Source: an uncultured Planctomycetales bacterium (lineage in GTDB: Bacteria; Omnitrophota; Gorgyraeia; Zapsychrales; Fredricksoniimonadaceae). Taken from it: 64,000 nt of DNA. A program made the position numbers and the translations under genes. This document shows, one piece after another, positions 11,831-21,116 of the stretch (its first letter is position 1; every line of letters starts with the position of its first letter). Below the pieces are notes generated by a model. The model worked only from the letters and a program-made list of their open reading frames with translations. It was not told where the DNA came from and ran no database searches. The stretch covers positions 10,596 to 74,595 of the forward strand of contig CAYTIW010000007.1 in assembly GCA_964438075.1 (NCBI GenBank). Reading direction: 5' to 3'.

Positions 11831-12637
11831 ATGTCTCCACCATCCCGGATATTAATTAAGAAATCATTCCTTGTCCGCCTGATCTTCCTCCTGGTCTATT
11901 TCTGGTCCTTGCCTTGCCCGGCGGTGGAGGTCACGAAGGAGAATCTATTCCAGCTGGCCACTTTGGCTCTCAAGGATGGGGAATATGAGCATGCGGTGGA
12001 GTTCTTCAAAAAAGCCATCGAGTTAGATCCTAAATTCATCCCGGCCTACAACAGCCTCGGCATAATTTATGAGACCTCTGGTTTAAAGGACCTTAAAGAG
12101 GCGATCCGTTATTTCAAACTGGCCACGGAGATATCCCCGTCGTCTCAGGAGAGCTGGAACAATCTGGGCCGCGCCTATTACAGCAAAGGCGAGTTCACCC
12201 AGGCGGAAAGGGCCCTTTTGCGTTCATTGGAGCTCGATCCGGCCCAGCCGGAGGTGGAGGTCTCGTTGGGATGGATCTATCTGCTGGGCCAGTCGCGAGG
12301 TGCCGAGGCTATCAGTCATTTTGAAAAAGGCGGGGCGTATAAGGATAACCCCATGGTCTATTACGGCATGGGGCTGTCCTACCTCATCAAGGGTGAGCGT
12401 TTCAAGGTGCTTGATTCCATTACTGAGCTGCGCAAGAGAAAGAGGGAAGACCTCGCGCTCAGGCTGGAGGATATGGTAAAGAACAAGATAAAGCTGTCCT
12501 CGCAGGAGGGTACTCCGTTGATCACGGGCCTGGGGGCTGAACACTCGGCACTGAAAGAGGAACTCAAGGCGATGGGGAGATCTGATGGAGATACCGACGG
12601 AATAAAGGTGCGGTTGCGGGGGCCGATCCGGTATTGA
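11831..12637 (+). CDS. TPR-repeat protein with N-terminal signal/anchor (PilF/PilW-like by context)
   Basis: I prefer the ATG at 11831 (MSPPSRILIKKSFLVRLIFLLVYFWSLPCPA). Several TPR units are visible (ALKDGEYEHAVEFFKKAIELDPKFIPAYNSLGIIY, WNNLGRAYYSKGEFTQAERALLRSLELDP). Confidence 0.65.
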   Translation: MSPPSRILIKKSFLVRLIFLLVYFWSLPCPAVEVTKENLFQLATLALKDGEYEHAVEFFKKAIELDPKFIPAYNSLGIIYETSGLKDLKEAIRYFKLATEISPSSQESWNNLGRAYYSKGEFTQAERALLRSLELDPAQPEVEVSLGWIYLLGQSRGAEAISHFEKGGAYKDNPMVYYGMGLSYLIKGERFKVLDSITELRKRKREDLALRLEDMVKNKIKLSSQEGTPLITGLGAEHSALKEELKAMGRSDGDTDGIKVRLRGPIRY

Positions 12638-12692
12638 TCAGAAAGCAAGGGCTTTAACTCAATGGCAACTTCGGGTATCGAGAAGTAAGGGC

Positions 12693-14354
12693 ATGGGACA
12701 GCTGGTTAACAGGATCAATAAATATTTCCTTGACCGGGCAGAGTTGTGGATACTGGGCCTGGGCATTTTGCTGCGATTGAAGCATTACCTCGAGAACCGT
12801 TCTTTGTGGCTGGATGAAGCTTGCGCGGCTGTCAGCGTGGCCAGCCGCAGCTATAACGAGATATTGAGCCATTATGAGGTCATGCCGGAGTTCGCGCACC
12901 CTCCGATGGTCTTCATGCTGATAGAGCGTTCACTGGTAGACCTCTTCGGCAATAACGAGATGTCATTGCGGTTGTTCCCGTTGCTTTGCGGGATCGCCGC
13001 CCTGTTGCTCTTTTTCCTGCTGACCCGCAGCATCCTTCCGCGGGGGGCGTTCCTGCTGGCACTGGCTCTCTTCGCCGTGATCGACCCCTTGGTCTATTAT
13101 TCCGCCGAGCTTAAGCAGTATTCTACCGACCTGGCGGTCATGATAGCTCTTTTGTTCTATAGCGAGGAATTCATCAAGGAGAAATGCTGCTGGATAAAGG
13201 CCGGTGTCCTGGCATTGCTGGGAGCGGCGGTATTATGGCTTTCCAACGCCATGGTCTTTATGCTGGCATCCATGGCCGCGGTATTTCTCTGGAGGGCGGT
13301 CAGGCGCAGGGATTGGGCCGAACTTTTACGTCTGGGGAGCGCCTTTTTTGTGTGGGCGGCCAGTTTCGCGGCGGTTTATCATTTGTCCTTGGGCCATATG
13401 GTCGGGAATGATAAACTTAAGGCTACTTGGGAAGGAGCCCTTTTCAAGGGAAGTCTTTTTTCCGGCGACGCCTTGGCCTGGCTCTGGCAGGTGGTGAGCG
13501 AAAGTTTCCGCAATCCCTTGGGGCTGGCCTGGCCCTTGGCTGGGGCCGTTCTCTTTGTGGTCGGTGTGCTCAGCCTGGTCCGGAACAACTCTGCACGTGC
13601 GGCGCTGCTGGCGTTGCCTATATTTTTTGCTTTGGTGGCCGGCTGGCTAGGCAAGTATCCTTTTCGAGGCCGGGTGCTGCTTTTTTTGGTGCCCTGTTAT
13701 CTGGTGCCTATCGCGGCTGGCGTTGAGGCCATAGCGGCAAAGATCGGGAATAAACGCTCCCATCGCGCCGTATGGGCGATATTGGCCATAGCGCTTCTGG
13801 CGTATCCTCTTCAGGTCGCGGCGCGGAACTTCATTCAGGGCCGCGAATGGGTGGAGAACCGCCCGGCAATGGAGTTCTTTCGGGACCATTATGAGCCGGG
13901 GGATTTCGTGGTGATGAACACCTCGGCCCAGCCGCCGTTCTGGTATTATGTCGGCAGCCTGGGTATCGGGGTCGAACTGCGGCGTGAACCCATCGGCCGG
14001 TTGGATGGCAAGACGGTGGAAGGGATGCGGGTCGCCAAGTTCGCCCGGGACATGGTAGCCACCAAGGACGGCCACCGTTTGGTAGCTTTCAGGTATGAGT
14101 ACCACATTTTTAATGAGAAAGGCCTTTTCCGCCAGATGGTGCTCCGTAATGCCCGGGAGGCGTATTTCGTCCGCGACGACAGGGCAGTGGAGGGCCTTCC
14201 TGCCGGGAGGGTCTGGCTGGTGCTGTCCCAAGCCCCGGAGGATGACGACCGCGAGATCAACGGCATCATCCGGGATGCGTTTGACCGGCGGGCGAAAAGG
14301 CTGCTGAGCTGCGAACGTATGAATGCAGCTGTGTACTTATATGACATGCAATAG
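12693..14354 (+). CDS. Polytopic GT-C-fold glycosyltransferase (GT39/PMT_2, ArnT-like)
   Basis: 553 aa with about 10 or more hydrophobic segments. The first loop carries NRSLWLDEA, the acidic DE motif typical of PMT_2/ArnT-type lipid-linked-sugar transferases. A soluble C-terminal domain follows. Confidence 0.6.
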   Translation: MGQLVNRINKYFLDRAELWILGLGILLRLKHYLENRSLWLDEACAAVSVASRSYNEILSHYEVMPEFAHPPMVFMLIERSLVDLFGNNEMSLRLFPLLCGIAALLLFFLLTRSILPRGAFLLALALFAVIDPLVYYSAELKQYSTDLAVMIALLFYSEEFIKEKCCWIKAGVLALLGAAVLWLSNAMVFMLASMAAVFLWRAVRRRDWAELLRLGSAFFVWAASFAAVYHLSLGHMVGNDKLKATWEGALFKGSLFSGDALAWLWQVVSESFRNPLGLAWPLAGAVLFVVGVLSLVRNNSARAALLALPIFFALVAGWLGKYPFRGRVLLFLVPCYLVPIAAGVEAIAAKIGNKRSHRAVWAILAIALLAYPLQVAARNFIQGREWVENRPAMEFFRDHYEPGDFVVMNTSAQPPFWYYVGSLGIGVELRREPIGRLDGKTVEGMRVAKFARDMVATKDGHRLVAFRYEYHIFNEKGLFRQMVLRNAREAYFVRDDRAVEGLPAGRVWLVLSQAPEDDDREINGIIRDAFDRRAKRLLSCERMNAAVYLYDMQ

Positions 14355-14365
14355 GAAGAAATGAT

Positions 14366-15172
14366 ATGGCTATTGAAGTAGCGGTGATCATCCCGAGCTA
14401 TAATGAACGTCCCAACGTCAAACCCATGCTGGAAAAACTAAGGGTTGCGCTCAATGGTATAGAGTGGGAAGTGATATATGTTGACGATAATTCTCCCGAC
14501 GGCACAGCTGAATGCGTATGGGAAGAGTCGCGCCTCGACCCAAGGGTCCGCTGCCTCAAGCGTATCGGCCGGCGCGGCCTGTCTTCCGCCTGCATCGAGG
14601 GCATGCTGTCCACTGCGGCGCCGTTCATGGCGGTGATGGATGGCGACCTTCAGCATGATGAAACTATCCTGCCCGATATGCTGGGGGCCCTCAGGACGGG
14701 AAAAGTGGATGTCATCGTCGGGAGCCGTTATGTGGCTGGGGGGGGCATAGAGGATTGGGCATTGCATCGCCAAGCGGCCAGCCGGTGGGCCACGCGTTTC
14801 GCCCAGTCAGTGGCCGGCATCCAGCTGCAGGACCCGATGAGCGGTTTTTTCATGCTGCGGAGGGATTTCTTCCAGAAATGCGTCGGTCAAATAAGCGGCA
14901 AAGGATTCAAGATACTGTTGGATATCCTGATGTCTTCGCGGGAAAAGGTGAATGTGATAGAGATACCTTACAAGTTCCGGATGCGCCAGCACGGTAAAAG
15001 CAAGCTGACGCCGAAGGTCATCCTGGACTATTTCTACCTGGTGTTCTACAAGATCTGCCAACGCAATCCTTGGTTGCTCTGGTTACTGGTTTCCACTGTG
15101 ATATTGCTGATGCTGGCGCTAGGGGCGCGCATGCACCTTTCCACCCCGATGGTAAAGACGACCTGGTGGTAA
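14366..15172 (+). CDS. Polyprenol-phosphate glycosyltransferase, GT2 (Dpm1/Ppm1/ArnC-like)
   Basis: 268 aa. Motifs are VIIPSYNERPNV, YVDDNSPDGT and the DxD-type MDGDLQHD. FRMRQHGKSKL and a C-terminal TM helix follow. Confidence 0.85.
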   Translation: MAIEVAVIIPSYNERPNVKPMLEKLRVALNGIEWEVIYVDDNSPDGTAECVWEESRLDPRVRCLKRIGRRGLSSACIEGMLSTAAPFMAVMDGDLQHDETILPDMLGALRTGKVDVIVGSRYVAGGGIEDWALHRQAASRWATRFAQSVAGIQLQDPMSGFFMLRRDFFQKCVGQISGKGFKILLDILMSSREKVNVIEIPYKFRMRQHGKSKLTPKVILDYFYLVFYKICQRNPWLLWLLVSTVILLMLALGARMHLSTPMVKTTWW

Positions 15173-15213
15173 ATGTAGACTGATCCGAGTTGTCAGGTCT
15201 GGTTCTTATCAAA

Positions 15214-15252
15214 ATAAAAAAACCTTCTTCCGGAATGGAAGAAGGTTTTTTG
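15214..15252. terminator. Bidirectional rho-independent terminator
   Basis: The 9-bp stem is CCTTCTTCC (15223-15231) / GGAAGAAGG (15237-15245) with loop GGAAT. An A-run lies on the left and a T-run on the right. It sits between the convergent GT2 gene and tRNA-Ala. Confidence 0.65.
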
Positions 15253-15299
15253 TTTTGATGAGGCCGGACCTTTCGGCACGATGTCCGGCATATAAAAAC

Positions 15300-15376
15300 T
15301 GGTGGACCGGATGGGGGTCGAACCCACGACCTCCTCATTGCGAACGAGGCGCTCTCCCAAACTGAGCTACCGGCCC
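15300..15376 (-). tRNA. tRNA-Ala (anticodon CGC), CCA encoded
   Basis: The reverse complement reads GGGCCGGTAGCTCAGTTTGGGAGAGCGCCTCGTTCGCAATGAGGAGGTCGTGGGTTCGACCCCCATCCGGTCCACCA. It folds by hand into a cloverleaf with a 7-bp acceptor stem including the G3:U70 Ala identity pair. The D arm is GCTC/GAGC, the anticodon loop is TTCGCAA and the T loop is TTCGACC. Confidence 0.92.
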
Positions 15377-15491
15377 ATATAGTGTATAAATATGTTCGAG
15401 CTGAAAATTTGCTCGAGAGGGGATATAGTAACAAAAGCATGGTAAAAAAACAAGTGTCTATCCGCGAAAACAAGAGCCCGCTCCGGCAGTC

Positions 15492-18023
15492 TTAGAGATC
15501 CTTGGGCCAGGATACTTCGTAGAGGTAGACGCGCGTCCGACCCGTGAGGTCGCGTTCGAGAGCGAAAGGATGGAAATATTTCAGCCCTTTGCCTTCGAAA
15601 TAATACATTTTGACTACCAGCGAATTGGCCAGGACCCGGTCCATCAGGACGACTTTGGGAATGCCTTCGTCCTTATAAAACACCAGGGAGTATCCCAGGT
15701 TAGCCCCGGACAATTTTTTCTCTACCACCGCTTTCTGATCATCGTCCAGGTAGACCACGCTTTGCGGTATGCCGCGGCCGAACTTTGGCGAATCTATCGT
15801 GGCGGTCATATCGGCCGTGTTTACGACAATGCCGTTCTCAAATATTATTTTAGGCCCGTCGCTGGCCATCGCCCCGATGGACTGCGATTGTTTGAAAGGC
15901 CCGCCGACCAGGCTCCAGAGGAAATCGACAAAGCCGGGAGAGGATTTTCCCGGCACTTTACTCAGCGCTTCCGGGTCCCGGTTGAGCCTTTCGATCTTGG
16001 CGAAGTCCCATTTTCCCACATATCCCAGCAGCACGTTCCCTTCGACTATTTCATGGTAGATGAGAACGTAGGAAGGAGGTGGCACGACCGCGCTGCCGTG
16101 GGTCAGGCTCAAAAGATGCGTGACATTCTGTTGGGGAAGGACCTTCAGGAGCGCTCGTTCCGCCTCGGCTTTTTTTAACCTGGTGATCTCTAAGATCAGC
16201 GGTACCGCCTTGGATAGCGGCAGGTCCAGGCTTTGCAGGTATTCGGCGGCGCGGTTAGAACTGGTATTCAGCATGCGCAGTATACCCAGGGCATCACGTT
16301 CGTTCTGCGCCAGGTATACCTTGGTCATCCAGAATCCCTGTTCGCCGCGTATAGAGGCGCCGTCAAAGGTTACACGCCGCCGGCTGACGGCCTTGACAAA
16401 ATGGCCCGGCGACCACCAGGTATTGACGATACTGTCGGGAGGGGAGTAGTCGCGCAGGCGGGTCAGCGCACGATCCCAAGTGGAATTGAAAATGGGGTTC
16501 AACAGCGAGCGTATAGTGGTATGGCTGATGATGATCGGCAAAGCCACCGATACTATTATGAGCGTCCCGAGGATCTTTTCCAGCATCACGGCGGGTTTCT
16601 CTGACAGTCTGAACAGACCCGATAGCGCATGGCGGCCTTGCCAAATTTGATCCAACCCCAGAGCGAACAGGAGCGCGACGGGGGTGACGCTCAGCATGGC
16701 GAAACGCTGGGCGCTCAGGCTGAGCACCAGGGTGCTGGCAAGGAAAATGGCCAGAGTGATCATTTCATCAGAAGGCGCTTTGCGTTTGAGCAGGGACATG
16801 ACACCGAACCAGACCAGGGTGGCAATTGCCCCGAAGAATGGCACGGGCCCGCCGTTGAACTCCACGATCTCTTTCAGCGTGGCACGTTTCAGTTCTCCCA
16901 CGACTATGAAGAGGTCCGGCCAGTCCTTGAGCCTGGGGGCGGTGAATTTTTGCAGTTCTCCCCAGGCCGCGGTCATAGTCTCGAAGAACTGCGGCAGGCC
17001 GATCATCATAGTGACGGCCAGCACAGGCACGGCGATGAACAGGGCCAACAAAAACCCTATACGCGGCAGGCGCTGCTCTTTCAGCAGCCAGGCCTTGCCG
17101 GCGATGAGAACGACCGAGAAGACGGTCAGCGCCCAAAGATATCCCCAGCCCGGCCAGAAACGGGAATACAAGGCCGCTGTTAACGCCGAGAGAACGGAGA
17201 ACAGGAGCAGTCGCCGCTTCTCGCTGGTGTTTTTAAGCGCCAGGAAGAAGAATGCCAGGCCAAGGAGCGGGAAAAGCACGGTATAGGTGTCGTTGTCGTA
17301 CCAGGCATAGGTGCTGCGTTTAAGATATATCTGGGAAAGGACAAAAAAGACGCCAGCCGTGAAAGAGGAAAGCGGCGAACAGCCCATAGCATGGCAGGCC
17401 AGCAGGAATGCGGCTACCACCAGCGGCAAAAGGAAGATAGGGGTCCAGGCCACCCCGGACATAAGGTCGGTATCCGGAGCCAAGGCCCGTACGGTCCGGT
17501 ATACCCAGGCTCCGACGTAAGGATGCCAGAGCTGGGGTTCCCAGAATCCCAGGGGAGCCAGCATCAGGTTGTTGAAATAGCGGCTGCCCTTAACCTGAGG
17601 GCTTACGTCGCCTTCTTTCAGGATGTTCTCTGTTAAGTTCAGGAAATAATAGGAGTCTGACTCCTGCAGATAGCGTTTCTGGTTACCGGACCGCTGCGAG
17701 AGCTCATATCCCAGCTCATCGAAAGCCTTGCGGAGTTTGGCATTATCCTTGCGTATTATCTCGTTGACCTTGGCGGATAAAAGGAGTGTCTTCTTGGCCG
17801 GAGGCAGCTCAGGGTACTGGGCATTGATTTGGGCGGCTATCTTGCTTCGCAAGTGGTTTATGACCAGGAGAGTGGCCTGTTCGTAGGCGTCCGAGGCAAC
17901 ATTGTGATATAGGGGATACAGGCGTACCTGTATCCCGATCATGCATATTGCCAAACCTATTAAGAGCCAGGTGATAAGTTTTCGCAGGGGATATCCGTTG
18001 GGCATGGGGTCTGTTTGATTCAA
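15492..18023 (-). CDS. STT3/AglB/PglB-family oligosaccharyltransferase-like membrane protein
   Basis: 843 aa with an N-terminal polytopic domain and a C-terminal soluble domain. ESDSYYF (aa 121-127) resembles the EL1 acidic motif. YAWYDNDTY (aa 239-247) aligns with eukaryotic STT3 GSYDNE. IVVGEL is a possible TIxE/SVSE-type motif. NTWWSPGHF (WWSPGH encoded at 16401-16418) sits in place of WWDYG. Confidence 0.7.
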   Translation of the reverse strand: MNQTDPMPNGYPLRKLITWLLIGLAICMIGIQVRLYPLYHNVASDAYEQATLLVINHLRSKIAAQINAQYPELPPAKKTLLLSAKVNEIIRKDNAKLRKAFDELGYELSQRSGNQKRYLQESDSYYFLNLTENILKEGDVSPQVKGSRYFNNLMLAPLGFWEPQLWHPYVGAWVYRTVRALAPDTDLMSGVAWTPIFLLPLVVAAFLLACHAMGCSPLSSFTAGVFFVLSQIYLKRSTYAWYDNDTYTVLFPLLGLAFFFLALKNTSEKRRLLLFSVLSALTAALYSRFWPGWGYLWALTVFSVVLIAGKAWLLKEQRLPRIGFLLALFIAVPVLAVTMMIGLPQFFETMTAAWGELQKFTAPRLKDWPDLFIVVGELKRATLKEIVEFNGGPVPFFGAIATLVWFGVMSLLKRKAPSDEMITLAIFLASTLVLSLSAQRFAMLSVTPVALLFALGLDQIWQGRHALSGLFRLSEKPAVMLEKILGTLIIVSVALPIIISHTTIRSLLNPIFNSTWDRALTRLRDYSPPDSIVNTWWSPGHFVKAVSRRRVTFDGASIRGEQGFWMTKVYLAQNERDALGILRMLNTSSNRAAEYLQSLDLPLSKAVPLILEITRLKKAEAERALLKVLPQQNVTHLLSLTHGSAVVPPPSYVLIYHEIVEGNVLLGYVGKWDFAKIERLNRDPEALSKVPGKSSPGFVDFLWSLVGGPFKQSQSIGAMASDGPKIIFENGIVVNTADMTATIDSPKFGRGIPQSVVYLDDDQKAVVEKKLSGANLGYSLVFYKDEGIPKVVLMDRVLANSLVVKMYYFEGKGLKYFHPFALERDLTGRTRVYLYEVSWPKDL

Positions 18024-18041
18024 TTTTTGGTTTCAGTTACT

Positions 18042-18785
18042 TTACTTTTTTTTGCCTGGCTTATCAAGGCTAATATCAGCAAAGTGGATCTTGTCGGCCG
18101 GGACCGCGAAGAGTTCCCGCTCCGCCGAAAGCCGTTTGGAACTGATGAGCCCGATGAGGCGGCCGGCACGATCGAAGACCGGTCCGCCGCTGTCACCGGA
18201 ATAGTGGTTGATGTTCAGGCGCAACAGTTCGACTTTAAGGCCCCGTTCAGTCCGTCGGGTGGCAAGCCCGGATATTATACCGCCGGATATGGTGCCCCTT
18301 AAGAGGTCTGAATGACCAATAGTGGTGATCTTTTCCCCCAGAACGGTCTGGTTCGGTTCAGCGAATTCGACCGCTTTAAGCGGGCGGTCTGTTCTGATCT
18401 GGAGAATGGAAAAATCGTCTTCTCTGGATATAAAGAGTATGCGGGCCGGGATCTCTTTACCGTCTCGGAAGGTCACTAGGATCTCCTGTGATCCGAATAT
18501 GATATGGGTGTTGGTGACGATATGGCCGTCGGAGGATATTATCACCCCGGCACCTTTTTTTTCCTGGAATTGCAGCCTCCTCGCGGTCATTGCCATCAGG
18601 CCTCCGGTCCGGGGATCTACCGTGACCCGGGCATCCGGGACAGAGGCCATCTGGTAGGTCTTGCCGGTGACGGTCACGACAGAATCGTACTTGTTCTGCA
18701 GCAGCTCAATGGCATTCATTTCGGCCGCCGGAGATGGTCCCGCAGCCAGGAATGTGAGGAGGGCCAGGAAGAAAGCGATAGGCAT
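18042..18785 (-). CDS. Secreted trypsin-like serine protease (S1 family, no PDZ domain)
   Basis: 247 aa. The signal peptide is MPIAFFLALLTFLAAGPSPA. The His region is GHIVTNTHI, the Asp region is DDFSILQI and the catalytic Ser motif is GDSGGPVF. Confidence 0.8.
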   Translation of the reverse strand: MPIAFFLALLTFLAAGPSPAAEMNAIELLQNKYDSVVTVTGKTYQMASVPDARVTVDPRTGGLMAMTARRLQFQEKKGAGVIISSDGHIVTNTHIIFGSQEILVTFRDGKEIPARILFISREDDFSILQIRTDRPLKAVEFAEPNQTVLGEKITTIGHSDLLRGTISGGIISGLATRRTERGLKVELLRLNINHYSGDSGGPVFDRAGRLIGLISSKRLSAERELFAVPADKIHFADISLDKPGKKK

Positions 18786-18995
18786 GAGCGTATTTTAAGC
18801 CGGACTTTTCGGTCAGGCAAATGGTTTGGCAACTGTGTCGGTTGGAGCGCCTACAATATGTTGTACATAATTATTATTTACATCAGGCAGCAGTTAAGGT
18901 ATCGTTGAAATAAAAACTTATAGGAATAAGTGGAAAAAGGGCAAGATACTGGCTGATATTGTTGGCGCTTCAACCATCAAAGGACGGAGGTTAAT

Positions 18996-19607
18996 ATGTC
19001 GGCGAATTTCATGAACCAGATGAACGGGGTGGAGATGGTCTTCTGGGGGCTGGCCCTGGCTGGCACGCTTTTCTTTGTGGTCAGGGTCCTCTTGATGCTC
19101 ATTGGTTTCGGGCATGGGGATGTTACCTCAGGCGCCGGGCATGATCTGCCTGCAGACGCTGGGTCGGCGGACGCTACCCACGCCTCGAGTGAAGCCTTGT
19201 TCCGTCTTTTTTCAGTCAATTCACTCCTGGCTTTCTTTATGATGCTGGGGTGGACCGGACTGACATGCTATAAGCAGTTCAATATGTCACCGAGCATATC
19301 CTGGCTGATCGGTACGGCAGTGGGAATATTGTGCATGTACATCACCGCGACCTTGTTCGCCATGTCCCGTAAACTGGCCAGTTCCGGGTCCGCATTCAAG
19401 GTGGCAGACACGGTGGGATTGAAGGCTCAGGTTTACCAGCAGATCCCTGCAGGCGGCAAGGGCCGGGTGCAGGTGAACGTGGCCGGAGGTTTGACGCGTG
19501 AACTGGACGCTGTCTCAGCCGGCGGCGAGGCTATTGCCTCTTTCACTACCGTGGAGATCGTAGGGGCTGTGGATGACAACACGGTCCGCGTAAAGAAGTC
19601 GGCATGA
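18996..19607 (+). CDS. NfeD/YqiJ-like membrane protein
   Basis: 203 aa. It has N-terminal TM helices and a C-terminal OB-like soluble domain (GKGRVQVNVAGGLTRELDAVS...VEIVGAVDDNTVRVKK). It lies directly upstream of a flotillin gene, which is the classic pairing. Confidence 0.6.
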   Translation: MSANFMNQMNGVEMVFWGLALAGTLFFVVRVLLMLIGFGHGDVTSGAGHDLPADAGSADATHASSEALFRLFSVNSLLAFFMMLGWTGLTCYKQFNMSPSISWLIGTAVGILCMYITATLFAMSRKLASSGSAFKVADTVGLKAQVYQQIPAGGKGRVQVNVAGGLTRELDAVSAGGEAIASFTTVEIVGAVDDNTVRVKKSA

Positions 19608-19683
19608 TGATCGCCAGTAGCTGCATCCGTGCAGTCGTAGAGCATCGGCAGTCAGGCATAAAATAAAAAAGGAGAAGGCAACC

Positions 19684-21093
19684 ATGGACATGAGTTTTAT
19701 GATTATAGCGATCGTGATCTTTGTCACGTTTTTGTTTTCGCTCTTCATCTTTCTGGCGTCCTGTTACAAACGCTGCCCTTCGAACAAAATACTGGCTATC
19801 TACGGTAAGGTCGGCGAAGGCCAGTCGGTGCGCTGCACTCATGGCGGCGGCGCTTTTGTCTTACCTCTGATACAGGACTCCAAGTTCCTGGACCTGACCC
19901 CCATGACGATCAATATCCCGCTTAAGGGAGCCTTGTCTTCGCAGAACATCCGCATCAACGTGCCGAGCACGTTCACTATCGCTATTGACACATCCAAGGA
20001 GGCCATGGTCAATGCCGCAGTGCGTTTGCTGGGGTTGGTGAAGGACGACATCGAGAACATGGCCACGGAGATAATCTTCGGACAGTTGCGTCTGACCGTG
20101 GCGTCGCTCAATATCGAGGACATCAACCAGGACCGCGAGAAGTTCCTGCTGGCCATCCGCAACAATATCGAACCGGAGCTGCGCAAGATAGGGCTGACTT
20201 TGATCAACGTCAATATTACGGACATCACCGACGAGTCCGGTTACATAGAGAGCATCGGCAAGAAGGCCGCTTCCACGGCGGTCAACCAGGCCAAGATCGA
20301 CGTGGCTGAGCAGACCAAGAAGGGTGAGGTGGGTTCGGCGGCGGCGGAACGCGACCGCAGGATACAGGTAGCCCAGCTCAACTCCGAGGCCGTGGAAGGT
20401 GAGAACACAGCCAAAGCCAAGATCGCGTCCTATAACGCCGATCTGGCCGAGAAACAAGCTGCGGCCGACCAGCGCGGACAGGTCGCGCAGCAACAGGCCT
20501 TTGCCGAGATCCAGAAAGCCAAAGCCTTGGCCGAGACCAAGCGCCTGGAGGCCGAACAGGTCGTGGTCAAAGAGATCGATAAGCGCAAGATCGAGATCGA
20601 TGCCGACGCCGCGGCCGAAAAGAACCGCCGCGAAGCGCGCGGACAGGCGGACGCTATCATAGCGGTCAAGACCGCCGAGGCTACCGGTATACAAAAGGTC
20701 CTGGATGCCAAGGCCCAGGGGTACCGCAGCCTGGTCGAATCCTGCGGGGCAAGTTCCCGCGATGCGGCTACAATGTTGATAGTCGAGAAATTGGAGGAGA
20801 TCGTCAAGATGCAGGCCGAGGCCATACGTAACATCAAGATCGAGAAGGTCACGGTCTGGGACGCCGGCAATACAGAAAAGGGTAGTTCTACAGCCAATTT
20901 TCTGAGCAGCATGGTGAAATCCCTGCCGGCCCTGCACGACATAGCTTCGATGGCGGGGGTAGACCTGCCGAAGTACCTGGGCCAGGTAAAGCAGCCCAAA
21001 CAGGATGGGGCAGCGGGACCGGAGGGTGAACCTCTTCCAGAGAAGCCCAGCAAGGTCAAGATGCATCAGGAAAAGCCGGGAGATGTTAAATAG
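19684..21093 (+). CDS. Flotillin / SPFH-domain protein (YqiK-like)
   Basis: 469 aa. It has an N-terminal TM helix and an SPFH domain (ILAIYGKVGEGQSVRCTHGGGAFVLPLIQDSKFLDLTPMTINI...). A long Ala/Glu-rich flotillin coiled coil follows (AKIDVAEQTKKGEVGSAAAERDRRIQVAQ...). Confidence 0.88.
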   Translation: MDMSFMIIAIVIFVTFLFSLFIFLASCYKRCPSNKILAIYGKVGEGQSVRCTHGGGAFVLPLIQDSKFLDLTPMTINIPLKGALSSQNIRINVPSTFTIAIDTSKEAMVNAAVRLLGLVKDDIENMATEIIFGQLRLTVASLNIEDINQDREKFLLAIRNNIEPELRKIGLTLINVNITDITDESGYIESIGKKAASTAVNQAKIDVAEQTKKGEVGSAAAERDRRIQVAQLNSEAVEGENTAKAKIASYNADLAEKQAAADQRGQVAQQQAFAEIQKAKALAETKRLEAEQVVVKEIDKRKIEIDADAAAEKNRREARGQADAIIAVKTAEATGIQKVLDAKAQGYRSLVESCGASSRDAATMLIVEKLEEIVKMQAEAIRNIKIEKVTVWDAGNTEKGSSTANFLSSMVKSLPALHDIASMAGVDLPKYLGQVKQPKQDGAAGPEGEPLPEKPSKVKMHQEKPGDVK

Positions 21094-21116
21094 TCTGGTA
21101 GCGCTTTTCAAGCTAT

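Noticed and set aside
15018-15473. 151-aa minus-strand ORF spanning the tRNA-Ala and the terminator hairpin.
   Set aside because: It reads straight through a well-folded tRNA and a rho-independent terminator and overlaps the 3' end of the GT2 gene, so it is not credible as coding.
15214-15492. tRNA-Ala as a possible genomic-island integration site.
   Set aside because: No integrase, no repeat of the tRNA 3' end and no compositional break was seen on either side. The flanking genes on both sides belong to the same glycosylation theme.
18996-21093. NfeD-flotillin pair as something unusual.
   Set aside because: This is a widespread, well-known two-gene module, and nothing atypical was seen in its sequence or context.
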